Assembly: GCA_039794005.1 (NCBI GenBank)
Contig: JBAMMA010000016.1
Coordinates: forward strand, 1-18,408
DNA length: 18,408 nt
Reading direction: 5' to 3'
DNA from: Thermoplasmata archaeon
GTDB lineage: Archaea > Thermoplasmatota > Thermoplasmata > Thermoplasmatales > ARK-15
Shown in pieces: positions 8,641-16,297 of the stretch. Within the stretch, counting starts at the first letter, position 1; each line of letters opens with the position of its first letter. The translations under genes were made by a program, and so were the position numbers. Under the pieces are notes generated by a model. It ran no database searches. It saw nothing but the letters and a program-made list of their open reading frames with translations, and had not been told where the DNA came from.

Positions 8641-9906
8641 TTATAAATTTTCTTTTATTTCCAATGCCTTATCCAAATTCATCTTTGTAAAATCTACCAA
8701 AAATAGCGTTATAATCGCTATTAATAAAGATGCTATTCCAAAATATTGCATCCTCTGCAATGAAACAACGGAATTTAAATCTGAAGATCCTATAATTACC
8801 AGTCCTAACAGGGATCCGATTTTACCCATCATTACAGAAAAACCATAAGCGGATCCCCTATATTCGGTCTTTGCCAATTCTGCAGGGAATATTCCTACCG
8901 TTGTGCTTACAAACTCAACAAATATTTCAGCTACAAATATAAAAAATATCAAAATCGAAATTGATTCCTTTACCCAAAATGGTAATGTAATTAATATCAT
9001 TGAAATTCCAATGGAACCTATTATTTGTATTATTTTCCTTCCAACAATATCGACTAAATACATTGCTATTATTGATATTATTATAACTAAAATTCCTATT
9101 GAAAATGAAATCAATAATTCTTCATTCGTTAAATATAAGATTTGTCGGCCCATTCTATATATTATGTATGGTAAAAATAAGGATGTACCATATGCGACCA
9201 TATCAAATAAAAACCAATTTATTGAATTTAATATTGTGAATTTTCCTCCTTTACCAGTGAACATAGATTTTACTATCTCTATACCATAGGTTTTTCCTCC
9301 AAGATTCTTCCATTTTTCAGATTCCTGTATATTATATCTGAAATAAATCGCAAATGGGGCTGGAATTAAACCTATTCCTATCAATATCCTCCATCCATAT
9401 GGTTCTGGTGGAAGTATAAGAGGTATTATGAATGATATTAATACGCCCAGAGTTGCACCTATTGTATAAACGACATTTAAAAAGGCAAGATACCTTCCCC
9501 TGATTTCAGGTTTTGCATATTCAGCCACATATGAGTTTGAAATTGGAAATTCTGCCCCCAGGAAGAAGCCGAATAATATTCTAAAAATTAAATTCAAATA
9601 AAATATTTCAAAAGTTATAGAAAGAATTCCGAATATTAATAAAAATATTAAATTATATATATACATCTTTTTTCTACCAAAAATATCTGTCATAATCCCG
9701 GAAAACATGGGGCCTATTAAATATCCCAACAGTATTGAACCGAGGAAAAGTGTGTCATTTGTTGGATTAGTTAAATATGGATAAAACGTTTCCTTCATGT
9801 ATATTATTCCCCACGGTAATATTCCCACCTCATATCCTGCAATAAAAAGCGATGTGGAAAATACGAAAAGTATGTATAGATATTCCCTTTTTTCATGTAC
9901 TTTCAT
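8641..9906 (-). CDS. Major facilitator superfamily transporter (sugar porter-like)
   Basis: About 12 hydrophobic segments; motif A twice (GIMTDIFGRKK, YLVDIVGRK); YVAEYAKPEIRG; FPAELAKTEYRG. Confidence 0.93.
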   Translation of the reverse strand: MKVHEKREYLYILFVFSTSLFIAGYEVGILPWGIIYMKETFYPYLTNPTNDTLFLGSILLGYLIGPMFSGIMTDIFGRKKMYIYNLIFLLIFGILSITFEIFYLNLIFRILFGFFLGAEFPISNSYVAEYAKPEIRGRYLAFLNVVYTIGATLGVLISFIIPLILPPEPYGWRILIGIGLIPAPFAIYFRYNIQESEKWKNLGGKTYGIEIVKSMFTGKGGKFTILNSINWFLFDMVAYGTSLFLPYIIYRMGRQILYLTNEELLISFSIGILVIIISIIAMYLVDIVGRKIIQIIGSIGISMILITLPFWVKESISILIFFIFVAEIFVEFVSTTVGIFPAELAKTEYRGSAYGFSVMMGKIGSLLGLVIIGSSDLNSVVSLQRMQYFGIASLLIAIITLFLVDFTKMNLDKALEIKENL

Positions 9907-9969
9907 TTTGGGGATATATGAAATATAACTAAATAAAGATTTAATATTCCTTTTTTAATATCAAATTTT

Positions 9970-11142
9970 ATGGACCCATCTCAGTCTATTAGGGGGATCA
10001 AGTCTGACCTGCTAAAAAATAAAAAAATCGTATATGGAATCACAGGATCCGTATCTGCCGAGGAATCTGTAAAAATTACAAGGGAGCTGATAAGACATGG
10101 AGCAGAGGTATTCCCTGTGATGACGAATGATGCAGCTTCTTTAATAACTGAGGTTTCAATAGAATACGCCACGGGCAAAAAACCAATAATTAAGGTTTCT
10201 GGATTAACTGAACATGTATTACTTGAAAAGGATTCAGATTTATTATTAATTGCACCATGTTCTGCGAATACAATTGGAAAAATCGCCTGTGGAATAGCTG
10301 ATACATCAGTTTCTTTATTTGCATTGACATTTTTGGGTTCAAAGAAAATTTTGATTGCTCCTGCCATGAGTATGAGTATGTTCAATAATCCGGTGGTAAA
10401 AGAAAACATACAGAGATTGGAAAAATATGGTGTTAAATTTATAAATCCAAAATTTGAGGAGGGAAAGGCAAAGCTTCCTAATGTTGAAACAATTGTTGCA
10501 TATACGATTAGGGAAATTCAAGGCATTAAAAATAAAAGTGTAGCAATAATAGGTGGTAAAAGTGAAGTTGATATCGATGATGTAAGAGTTATAACAAATA
10601 AATCCTCGGGAAAAACATCCATTGAATTGGCAAAAGTAGCATTCTACCTAGGTTTCGATGTAACACTGTACATGGGAATATCGGAGGAAAGTATACCGGA
10701 ATATATCAATACAAAGCATTATAGAAAGGTTGAAGATTTAATAAATAACGTCAATGAATTTATAAATTATGATGTTGTCATTGTACCTGCTGCATTATCC
10801 GATTTTTCTGTAGATAAAATTGAGGGAAAAATACAGAGCAATTCGGAAATTACATTGAATTTGAAGCCTCTTCCCAAATTTCTTAAGGTATTGAGCGAAA
10901 AGTACAGTGGAATTTTAATAGGATTTAAGGCAGAGGTAGGATATGATAATGTTATCAATGAGGCAAGGGAAATGATAGATAAATATAAATTGAGATTTGT
11001 TGTCGGAAATGATATCCGTGAAGTAGAAAGAGATAGAACCAGGGTGTTAATAATAGATAAGGAAAAGGTTGATGAACTCTCAGGAGACAAATTCAATGTT
11101 GCATTGGAAATATTTAGAAAATATATTTTAAAAATATTGTAA
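9970..11142 (+). CDS. coaBC: Bifunctional phosphopantothenoylcysteine decarboxylase / phosphopantothenate-cysteine ligase
   Basis: GITGSVSA, IAPCSANTIGKIACGIAD, APAM (CoaC); IDDVRVITNKSSGK, PAALSDF, IGFKAE (CoaB). Confidence 0.96.
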   Translation: MDPSQSIRGIKSDLLKNKKIVYGITGSVSAEESVKITRELIRHGAEVFPVMTNDAASLITEVSIEYATGKKPIIKVSGLTEHVLLEKDSDLLLIAPCSANTIGKIACGIADTSVSLFALTFLGSKKILIAPAMSMSMFNNPVVKENIQRLEKYGVKFINPKFEEGKAKLPNVETIVAYTIREIQGIKNKSVAIIGGKSEVDIDDVRVITNKSSGKTSIELAKVAFYLGFDVTLYMGISEESIPEYINTKHYRKVEDLINNVNEFINYDVVIVPAALSDFSVDKIEGKIQSNSEITLNLKPLPKFLKVLSEKYSGILIGFKAEVGYDNVINEAREMIDKYKLRFVVGNDIREVERDRTRVLIIDKEKVDELSGDKFNVALEIFRKYILKIL

Positions 11143-11143
11143 A

Positions 11144-11293
11144 TTATTTTATCCCTTCAATAACAATCGACGTAGATAACCAGGTAAGCCCAAATGTAAG
11201 TAGTAATATGTTATTAACTATTATGGATATGGGTATCAATGCTGCCGGTACAGCGTATTTTATCAGCAGGCCTATATACTGAATTGAGTCCAT
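11144..11293 (-). CDS. Small hydrophobic protein, 49 aa (not in ORF track)
   Basis: Hand translation, ATG at 11293 to TAA at 11144: MDSIQYIGLLIKYAVPAALIPISIIVNNILLLTFGLTWLSTSIVIEGIK. Fills the coaBC-rpl12 gap almost exactly and has two hydrophobic segments. Confidence 0.7.
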   Translation of the reverse strand: MDSIQYIGLLIKYAVPAALIPISIIVNNILLLTFGLTWLSTSIVIEGIK

Positions 11294-11299
11294 ACGAAC

Positions 11300-11317
11300 C
11301 AAAAAAATAAAAAATTT
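11300..11317 (-). terminator. Oligo-T tract downstream of rpl12 (candidate archaeal intrinsic terminator)
   Basis: The minus strand has two T-runs (about 6 and 7 T, separated by one A) directly after the rpl12 stop. Confidence 0.4.
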
Positions 11318-11632
11318 TTATCCGAAGAGTGCTCCAAGACCCTCTAGTGCTTCTTCCTCTTCTTTTTCCTTCTTTTCCTCTTTCTTTTCTTCCTTCTTTT
11401 CTTCCTTCTTTTGTTCAGCTGGTGCAGCCTGTGCAGGCGCTGCTGCAACTGGTGCAAAGGATGCACTCTTTATTGCTTCTTCAATGTTTATTCCTTCCAG
11501 AGATGATACCAATGCCTTAATCTTTGCGGTATCCGGGTTTCCACCTGCTGCTTTTATTATGTTCGCTATGTTCTCTTCAGATATTTTCTGTCCCATTGTA
11601 TGTAATATCAGGGCACTATACACATATTCCAT
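11318..11632 (-). CDS. rpl12: 50S ribosomal stalk protein P1 (L12)
   Basis: [11 protein letters not shown] start, Ala/Pro hinge, EEKK repeats, C-terminal [18 protein letters not shown] Shine-Dalgarno upstream. Confidence 0.98.
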   Translation of the reverse strand: MEYVYSALILHTMGQKISEENIANIIKAAGGNPDTAKIKALVSSLEGINIEEAIKSASFAPVAAAPAQAAPAEQKKEEKKEEKKEEKKEKEEEEALEGLGALFG

Positions 11633-11652
11633 TTTCTATACCTCCTTTACTT

Positions 11653-12498
11653 TTATATCTCTCCAATCTTTGACTTAATATACATTGCCTGCATATTAGC
11701 TTTTGCAAGCAAATGCTTTATCGTTTCTGGTGCGAAATAGTTTGCGCTCACACCTAATGACAACGCATCCATATATGCCTTTGATATGAGCAATGGCGTT
11801 GTCATAGGCGTGAAATACTTTGCATTCATTGCCAAATTTAATGCATTTCTTACTGAATTCATTATATCCAACTTTACAGATTCTTCATCCACATGCAATA
11901 CGTCAGGTTTGAATACATAACCACCTTCATATATCGCCTTGACATCGAGTCCCACAGGCAGGGGCCTAATATCCAATTTCTGCAGTATTAAGGCTAAATC
12001 CCTGCTTATTTTTTCTCCCTTTTTTACAACAACCGTATCCTTTTTTATCACCACTTTACCTTTTTCAATTGCCGCAGGGATACCGACCTTCTGCATATCT
12101 GATACTATGGGACCAGGTTTAAAGTCTGTTTCACCTGCAGATACAACAATATCGTTTGGAGCGATTTCTCCTCCTTTCGGAGCTACTGTTGTTCTCGATT
12201 TCTCTATTATCTTATTCAATTTAAATGGATTTTCCCGACTAAATATTATTCCACATTGATCTCTTAAATATTCCTTTAAAGATGAAATATTCTTATTCTT
12301 TTCTTCCAGCCTTTCTAAAACATGCATTATAATACTATTTTTTGCCACTATCAATTTGGCTTTACCTCTCAATTCTCTCCTGATTTCATTCATCTGTGAA
12401 CCGGGTATGCCTGTGATACCAACGATACCAATCACATTTGAATCACCTATTTCTGAAACTATTGAATCAACAAGTTCAATCTTTTGCTTTGATACCAA
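11653..12498 (-). CDS. rpl10: 50S ribosomal protein uL10 / P0
   Basis: IRRELRG..VAKN, APNDIVVSAGETDFKPGP, three stalk-anchor helices. TTG start with GGAGGTGA Shine-Dalgarno inside the 3' end of rpl1. Confidence 0.97.
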   Translation of the reverse strand: MVSKQKIELVDSIVSEIGDSNVIGIVGITGIPGSQMNEIRRELRGKAKLIVAKNSIIMHVLERLEEKNKNISSLKEYLRDQCGIIFSRENPFKLNKIIEKSRTTVAPKGGEIAPNDIVVSAGETDFKPGPIVSDMQKVGIPAAIEKGKVVIKKDTVVVKKGEKISRDLALILQKLDIRPLPVGLDVKAIYEGGYVFKPDVLHVDEESVKLDIMNSVRNALNLAMNAKYFTPMTTPLLISKAYMDALSLGVSANYFAPETIKHLLAKANMQAMYIKSKIGEI

Positions 12499-12499
12499 C

Positions 12500-13141
12500 C
12501 TACTTCACCTCCAACTTATATGAGGGTCCCATTGTTGTTTTAATATATATGGATTCAATGTTTCCCTTACCTTTTTCTAATTTGGAGACAATCTTTTTTA
12601 TTACCTCTTCAATGTTTTCAGTTATCTGTTCCGGAGACATATCCCTAGTTCCAACTGGAACATGAAAAGTCCTCTTTTCCCTTGTTCTCACCCTTACAGT
12701 TTTCTTGAGGTTTTGTATAAGTTGAGTTGGATCTGATCCTGCTGGAATTGGTTTTGGCATTTTTCCTCTTGGACCTAAAATACCTCCCAGGACCTTACCT
12801 ATCTTTGTCATCAGTGGAGCCTCTGCTATAAAATAATCATATTCATTTGCCAATTTTTTTGCTCTCCTTTTATCTTCAGCCAATTTATCAATTTCTTCGG
12901 GAGAAATAACCAAATCCGCAACATTCTTAGCTTTTTGTGCCGTTTCTCCAGAGGCAAATACGGCAACCTTAATTGGCTTTCCCCTTCCATGGGGAAGTAT
13001 AATTTCTTCATTCAACCTTTTCTTTGGATCACTTAAATCAACATACTGTAAATTTACCGCCATATCAACTGATTCTTTGAAATTTCTCTTTTTCGTTTCT
13101 TCGAGCATTTTTTTGACCGTTTCATATATATCTTTATCCAT
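12500..13141 (-). CDS. rpl1: 50S ribosomal protein uL1
   Basis: KRNFKESVDMAVNL, LPHGRGK, LGPRGKMPKP, YIKTTMGPS. Confidence 0.98.
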   Translation of the reverse strand: MDKDIYETVKKMLEETKKRNFKESVDMAVNLQYVDLSDPKKRLNEEIILPHGRGKPIKVAVFASGETAQKAKNVADLVISPEEIDKLAEDKRRAKKLANEYDYFIAEAPLMTKIGKVLGGILGPRGKMPKPIPAGSDPTQLIQNLKKTVRVRTREKRTFHVPVGTRDMSPEQITENIEEVIKKIVSKLEKGKGNIESIYIKTTMGPSYKLEVK

Positions 13142-13147
13142 ATGGTT

Positions 13148-13184
13148 ACCTCCTGTAGTAATCGGGCCTTCTACCCTCCTACAG
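13148..13184 (-). promoter_or_regulatory. Putative uL1-binding autoregulatory RNA hairpin plus rpl1 Shine-Dalgarno
   Basis: mRNA reads CUGUAG-GA-GGGU-AGAAG-GCCC-GAUUA-CUACAG: two helices around an asymmetric GA/GAUUA loop, resembling the 23S rRNA L1 site. Its last G is the first base of the GGAGGU Shine-Dalgarno. Confidence 0.75.
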
Positions 13185-13220
13185 TTTATAGATGCATTAA
13201 TTTAAAACATTATTTAATTT

Positions 13221-13694
13221 TTACTCTTCAATTATTATCTCTTTGTTTTTGATCCTCTTCTGAATATCCCTTGGATCTTGGCCCTCTACGGTAACACCCA
13301 TTGAAACACATGTACCTAGTATTTCCATCACCATTTTCTCAAGTGTAGGAGATAAAGAATCTTTCATTTTCATTTTAGCTATCTTTTTGACCTGATCTAA
13401 GGATAAATCTCCAACTTTGTTAGACTTTGGATTACTTGATCCCTTTTCAATTCCGAGCTCTTTCTTGATCAACGCACTGGCTGGTGGTGTACCGACCGTT
13501 ATTGTGAACTGTTTTGTCTTTGGATCCACTGTTATCTTTACAGGAACCTGCATACCAGCGTAATCTTTCGTCTTCTCGTTTATTTCCTTAATTACCGCGG
13601 GAATATTTACACCCAATGGACCTAATTGTGGCCCCAATGGTGGACCCGGAGTTGCTTTTCCTCCTTCTACCAATACCTCTATAGATTGTGCCAT
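13221..13694 (-). CDS. rpl11: 50S ribosomal protein uL11
   Basis: [49 protein letters not shown]. Confidence 0.98.
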   Translation of the reverse strand: MAQSIEVLVEGGKATPGPPLGPQLGPLGVNIPAVIKEINEKTKDYAGMQVPVKITVDPKTKQFTITVGTPPASALIKKELGIEKGSSNPKSNKVGDLSLDQVKKIAKMKMKDSLSPTLEKMVMEILGTCVSMGVTVEGQDPRDIQKRIKNKEIIIEE

Positions 13695-13700
13695 TTTTTA

Positions 13701-14579
13701 TCACTCCTTATCCAATACCCTTACCGAAGCAGCTTTTACGGTTATTGGTATGGGTACAAGTGAATCTGTAAGTTCTACAACTATTTTATCATTTTCCATG
13801 TCAATTTGAATAATCCTTCCTTTTTCTCCCTTGAAAGGACCATCTGTTAATTCAACAAAATTACCAACACTCAATGACTCAACTGCTGGTTTGGGTGCTA
13901 GATAATGTAATATTTCATCGGTATTCATTTCACCCTTTACAACACCTTTAATCCCCCTCATGTCTTTTATGAATGACAAAACTCTATCCGGATATATGGT
14001 TTCGAGAAAAACGTATCCTGTTAACCTTGATGTTTCCCCGGGAACCATTATTGAATATACATAATCTATGTTGTTTTGCCTTATTCTATTTCCCAAATCC
14101 CTTGCTATTTCTACTTCTTTTCCTATCTGAGTTTTTATTGCAACGATGGTTGCAACAAGTTCAATTTTAACTTGACATGCAGAAATATCAAAGGGTATAG
14201 TTTCACTTGACAATTCAAAAAATATGTTTGCTTTATCACCCATTGATGAACCTTTTGGAGTCTGTACCTTAATTGTAAATGCATAATTTTTATCAGGATT
14301 TAAAATTAATTTTGTTGTAATATTTTTGACTTTTGATGGTATTACCATTTCATTTAATTCTTCAATTTTATATTTCTTGTTTGCAATTCCTTCACTTGTT
14401 ACTATCCATTCCAATTCATTATCTTTTACATTAAATTCAAATTTTATTGATAAATCAAAAACTGTCGGCTCCGATACCTTTGCAGTTATATTAATTGGTA
14501 TTTCGGCATACCTGCCCGCAGATATTTTAAAGTCTTTTTTCTGACATTCAAAGATTATTTCTCTTTTATTTTCTTCCAT
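13701..14579 (-). CDS. spt5: Transcription elongation factor Spt5 (NusG) with N-terminal extension
   Basis: NGN domain (AIKTQIGKE..LTGYVFLE) and KOW domain (VGNFVELTDGPFKGEKGRI) form the C-terminal half. Sits in the expected position between secE and rpl11. Confidence 0.93.
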   Translation of the reverse strand: MEENKREIIFECQKKDFKISAGRYAEIPINITAKVSEPTVFDLSIKFEFNVKDNELEWIVTSEGIANKKYKIEELNEMVIPSKVKNITTKLILNPDKNYAFTIKVQTPKGSSMGDKANIFFELSSETIPFDISACQVKIELVATIVAIKTQIGKEVEIARDLGNRIRQNNIDYVYSIMVPGETSRLTGYVFLETIYPDRVLSFIKDMRGIKGVVKGEMNTDEILHYLAPKPAVESLSVGNFVELTDGPFKGEKGRIIQIDMENDKIVVELTDSLVPIPITVKAASVRVLDKE

Positions 14580-14588
14580 AATAACACC

Positions 14589-14810
14589 TCATGGGACCGG
14601 GAAATAAACGGACATTATTAAATATATTATAAAACCTATTATGCCTATTAAGAATATTCCAAATCCTGTTATTTCAACTATTCTCAAATATTCATCTGTT
14701 GTGGGCTTTCTAGCCATTTTCAATATTCTTGCATATTTGCCTTTACCTATTTTACTAAATTTATCCTCCAGCCATTCCTGAAATTCCTCGAACTTTTCAA
14801 CTACATCCAA
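14589..14810 (-). CDS. secE: Protein translocase subunit SecE (Sec61-gamma)
   Basis: YARILKMARKPTTDEY followed by a single TM helix (GFGIFLIGIIGFIIY). TTG at 14810 preferred as start because GGGGTGA lies 5 nt upstream; the track uses GTG at 14819. Confidence 0.95.
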   Translation of the reverse strand: MDVVEKFEEFQEWLEDKFSKIGKGKYARILKMARKPTTDEYLRIVEITGFGIFLIGIIGFIIYLIMSVYFPVP

Positions 14811-14845
14811 TCCATTCACCCCTGTCCATATATTGTAATTAATAT

Positions 14846-16078
14846 TTAAATTTCATTTTTGACTATTATCTTTAAATTGGCTGGCTTTTTTGTAACATTC
14901 AGCATTTTTACTCCATATATTTCTTCTATTCCTTTCTCGGCTGAAATATCCACGAGCCTCTGAGAAATAACTCCACCTGTGATCAGTGTTTTTGCATTTA
15001 TATTTTGGGTACTTAATTTATCAAATAGTTCACTTAATGGAATTGTATCTATGATATTGCCGATTTCATCAGTTAAATATGCAACCTTCTTTTCGAAAGC
15101 ATCCAATAGTAGTTCATCCTTAACCTTTTCCAAATCATTTTCTTTATTTTCAACATTTTCTTGTTGTACAGGCTGATCTTGATTCTCCTGCCTTACCTCA
15201 TTTTGCTCACCTGTTTCACTTTTCAGTAATTTCTCCAATTCCTCATTCATTCCATGTGTTGCGAGATATTGCTCAACAGGCATTTTGTTTCTAAGGGACT
15301 TAACAATTTGCTTATATGTCAACTCTTCTACTTCTCTTCCAGGAGGGGCTCTTGCAACAAAATCAATTTCAGCAACCTGCAACAATTCCTTCAATATGAG
15401 GTCTCCTCCCCTATCGCCATCCAAAAATGCCGTCACAACTCTTTCCTTTGTCAGATCGATTATCGTTTTCGGTATATTTGTTCCTTCAACCGCTATTGCA
15501 TTTTTGATACCGTATTTTAAAAGATTCAGAACATCGGACCTGCCCTCAACTATGATTATGCTATCGGATGTAGGAACAGATGGGCCTGCCGGTAATTTGT
15601 CTTCTCCGTAGGTTATTATTTCTTCTTTTTCTACAGCCTCCCTTACAACCTGGATCAAATCTTCACTTAAATCCTTTCCCTGGGATATTAATGATTCTAA
15701 AAGTTCCTTGGCCCTTTCTATTACCTTCTGCCTTTTTGATAACCTGATATCTTCAATTGAAAGAACTTGAAATTGCGCCTTGCATGGACCTACCCTTTCT
15801 ATAGTCTCCAATGATGCTGCCAGTATTGCAGTTTCCACCTGATCTAAACTGGATGGGATATATACAATGCCTTCAGATTTACCTTTTTTAGAATCTATTT
15901 CTACTTCAATCCTTCCTATTCTACCACTCTTTTGTAGGTCCCTTAAATCCAATTCTTCACCCAGTAAACCCTCTGTTTGTCCAAATATAGCTCCAACTAC
16001 ATCAGGCTTTTCAACAACGCCATCTGCAACAATTTTAGCTTTGATTAAATATTTAGCGGCATTAGGATCAATATTCAT
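14846..16078 (-). CDS. dnaG: Archaeal DnaG (bacterial-type primase homolog, exosome-associated)
   Basis: GVVEKPDVVGAIFGQTEGLLG, LRDLQKSGRIGRI; TOPRIM motifs IIVEGRSDV and FLDGDRGG; GGVISQRLVD. GGAAGGTGA Shine-Dalgarno. Confidence 0.97.
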   Translation of the reverse strand: MNIDPNAAKYLIKAKIVADGVVEKPDVVGAIFGQTEGLLGEELDLRDLQKSGRIGRIEVEIDSKKGKSEGIVYIPSSLDQVETAILAASLETIERVGPCKAQFQVLSIEDIRLSKRQKVIERAKELLESLISQGKDLSEDLIQVVREAVEKEEIITYGEDKLPAGPSVPTSDSIIIVEGRSDVLNLLKYGIKNAIAVEGTNIPKTIIDLTKERVVTAFLDGDRGGDLILKELLQVAEIDFVARAPPGREVEELTYKQIVKSLRNKMPVEQYLATHGMNEELEKLLKSETGEQNEVRQENQDQPVQQENVENKENDLEKVKDELLLDAFEKKVAYLTDEIGNIIDTIPLSELFDKLSTQNINAKTLITGGVISQRLVDISAEKGIEEIYGVKMLNVTKKPANLKIIVKNEI

Positions 16079-16297
16079 TTAAATCACCTTCCATTCACAT
16101 TATCTAAAATAGCCATCCTTTCATCCATCGAATTTAACGAAATATTACATTATTTATGAAATTATTGAACGTTAAGATGATCTAAGATGACTATTTTGAT
16201 GTAAAAAAACAATGATCTTACCATTTATAAATTTTTCCATACCTATGGTTAAAATTAATTTAAAATTTTTATATTGAAAGATATTGATATCATACAG

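Noticed and set aside
10430-10490. CoaC lacks the bacterial catalytic cysteine motif (has FEEGKAK instead)
   Set aside because: This substitution is known in archaeal CoaBC proteins and is not evidence of inactivation.
11350-11415. Pyrimidine-rich tandem-like repeat (TTCTTTTTCC...)
   Set aside because: It encodes the normal EEKKEEKK acidic hinge of ribosomal protein P1.
16085-16130. 14-codon upstream ORF (MDERMAILDNVNGR) on the minus strand before dnaG
   Set aside because: Too short to support; its stop codon coincides with the GGTGA Shine-Dalgarno, so it is likely incidental.
14846-16297. dnaG plus AT-rich spacer as a replication origin or mobile-element primase
   Set aside because: This is the conserved chromosomal archaeal DnaG. 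No ORB-like G-string repeats, cdc6/orc1 or integrase are visible.
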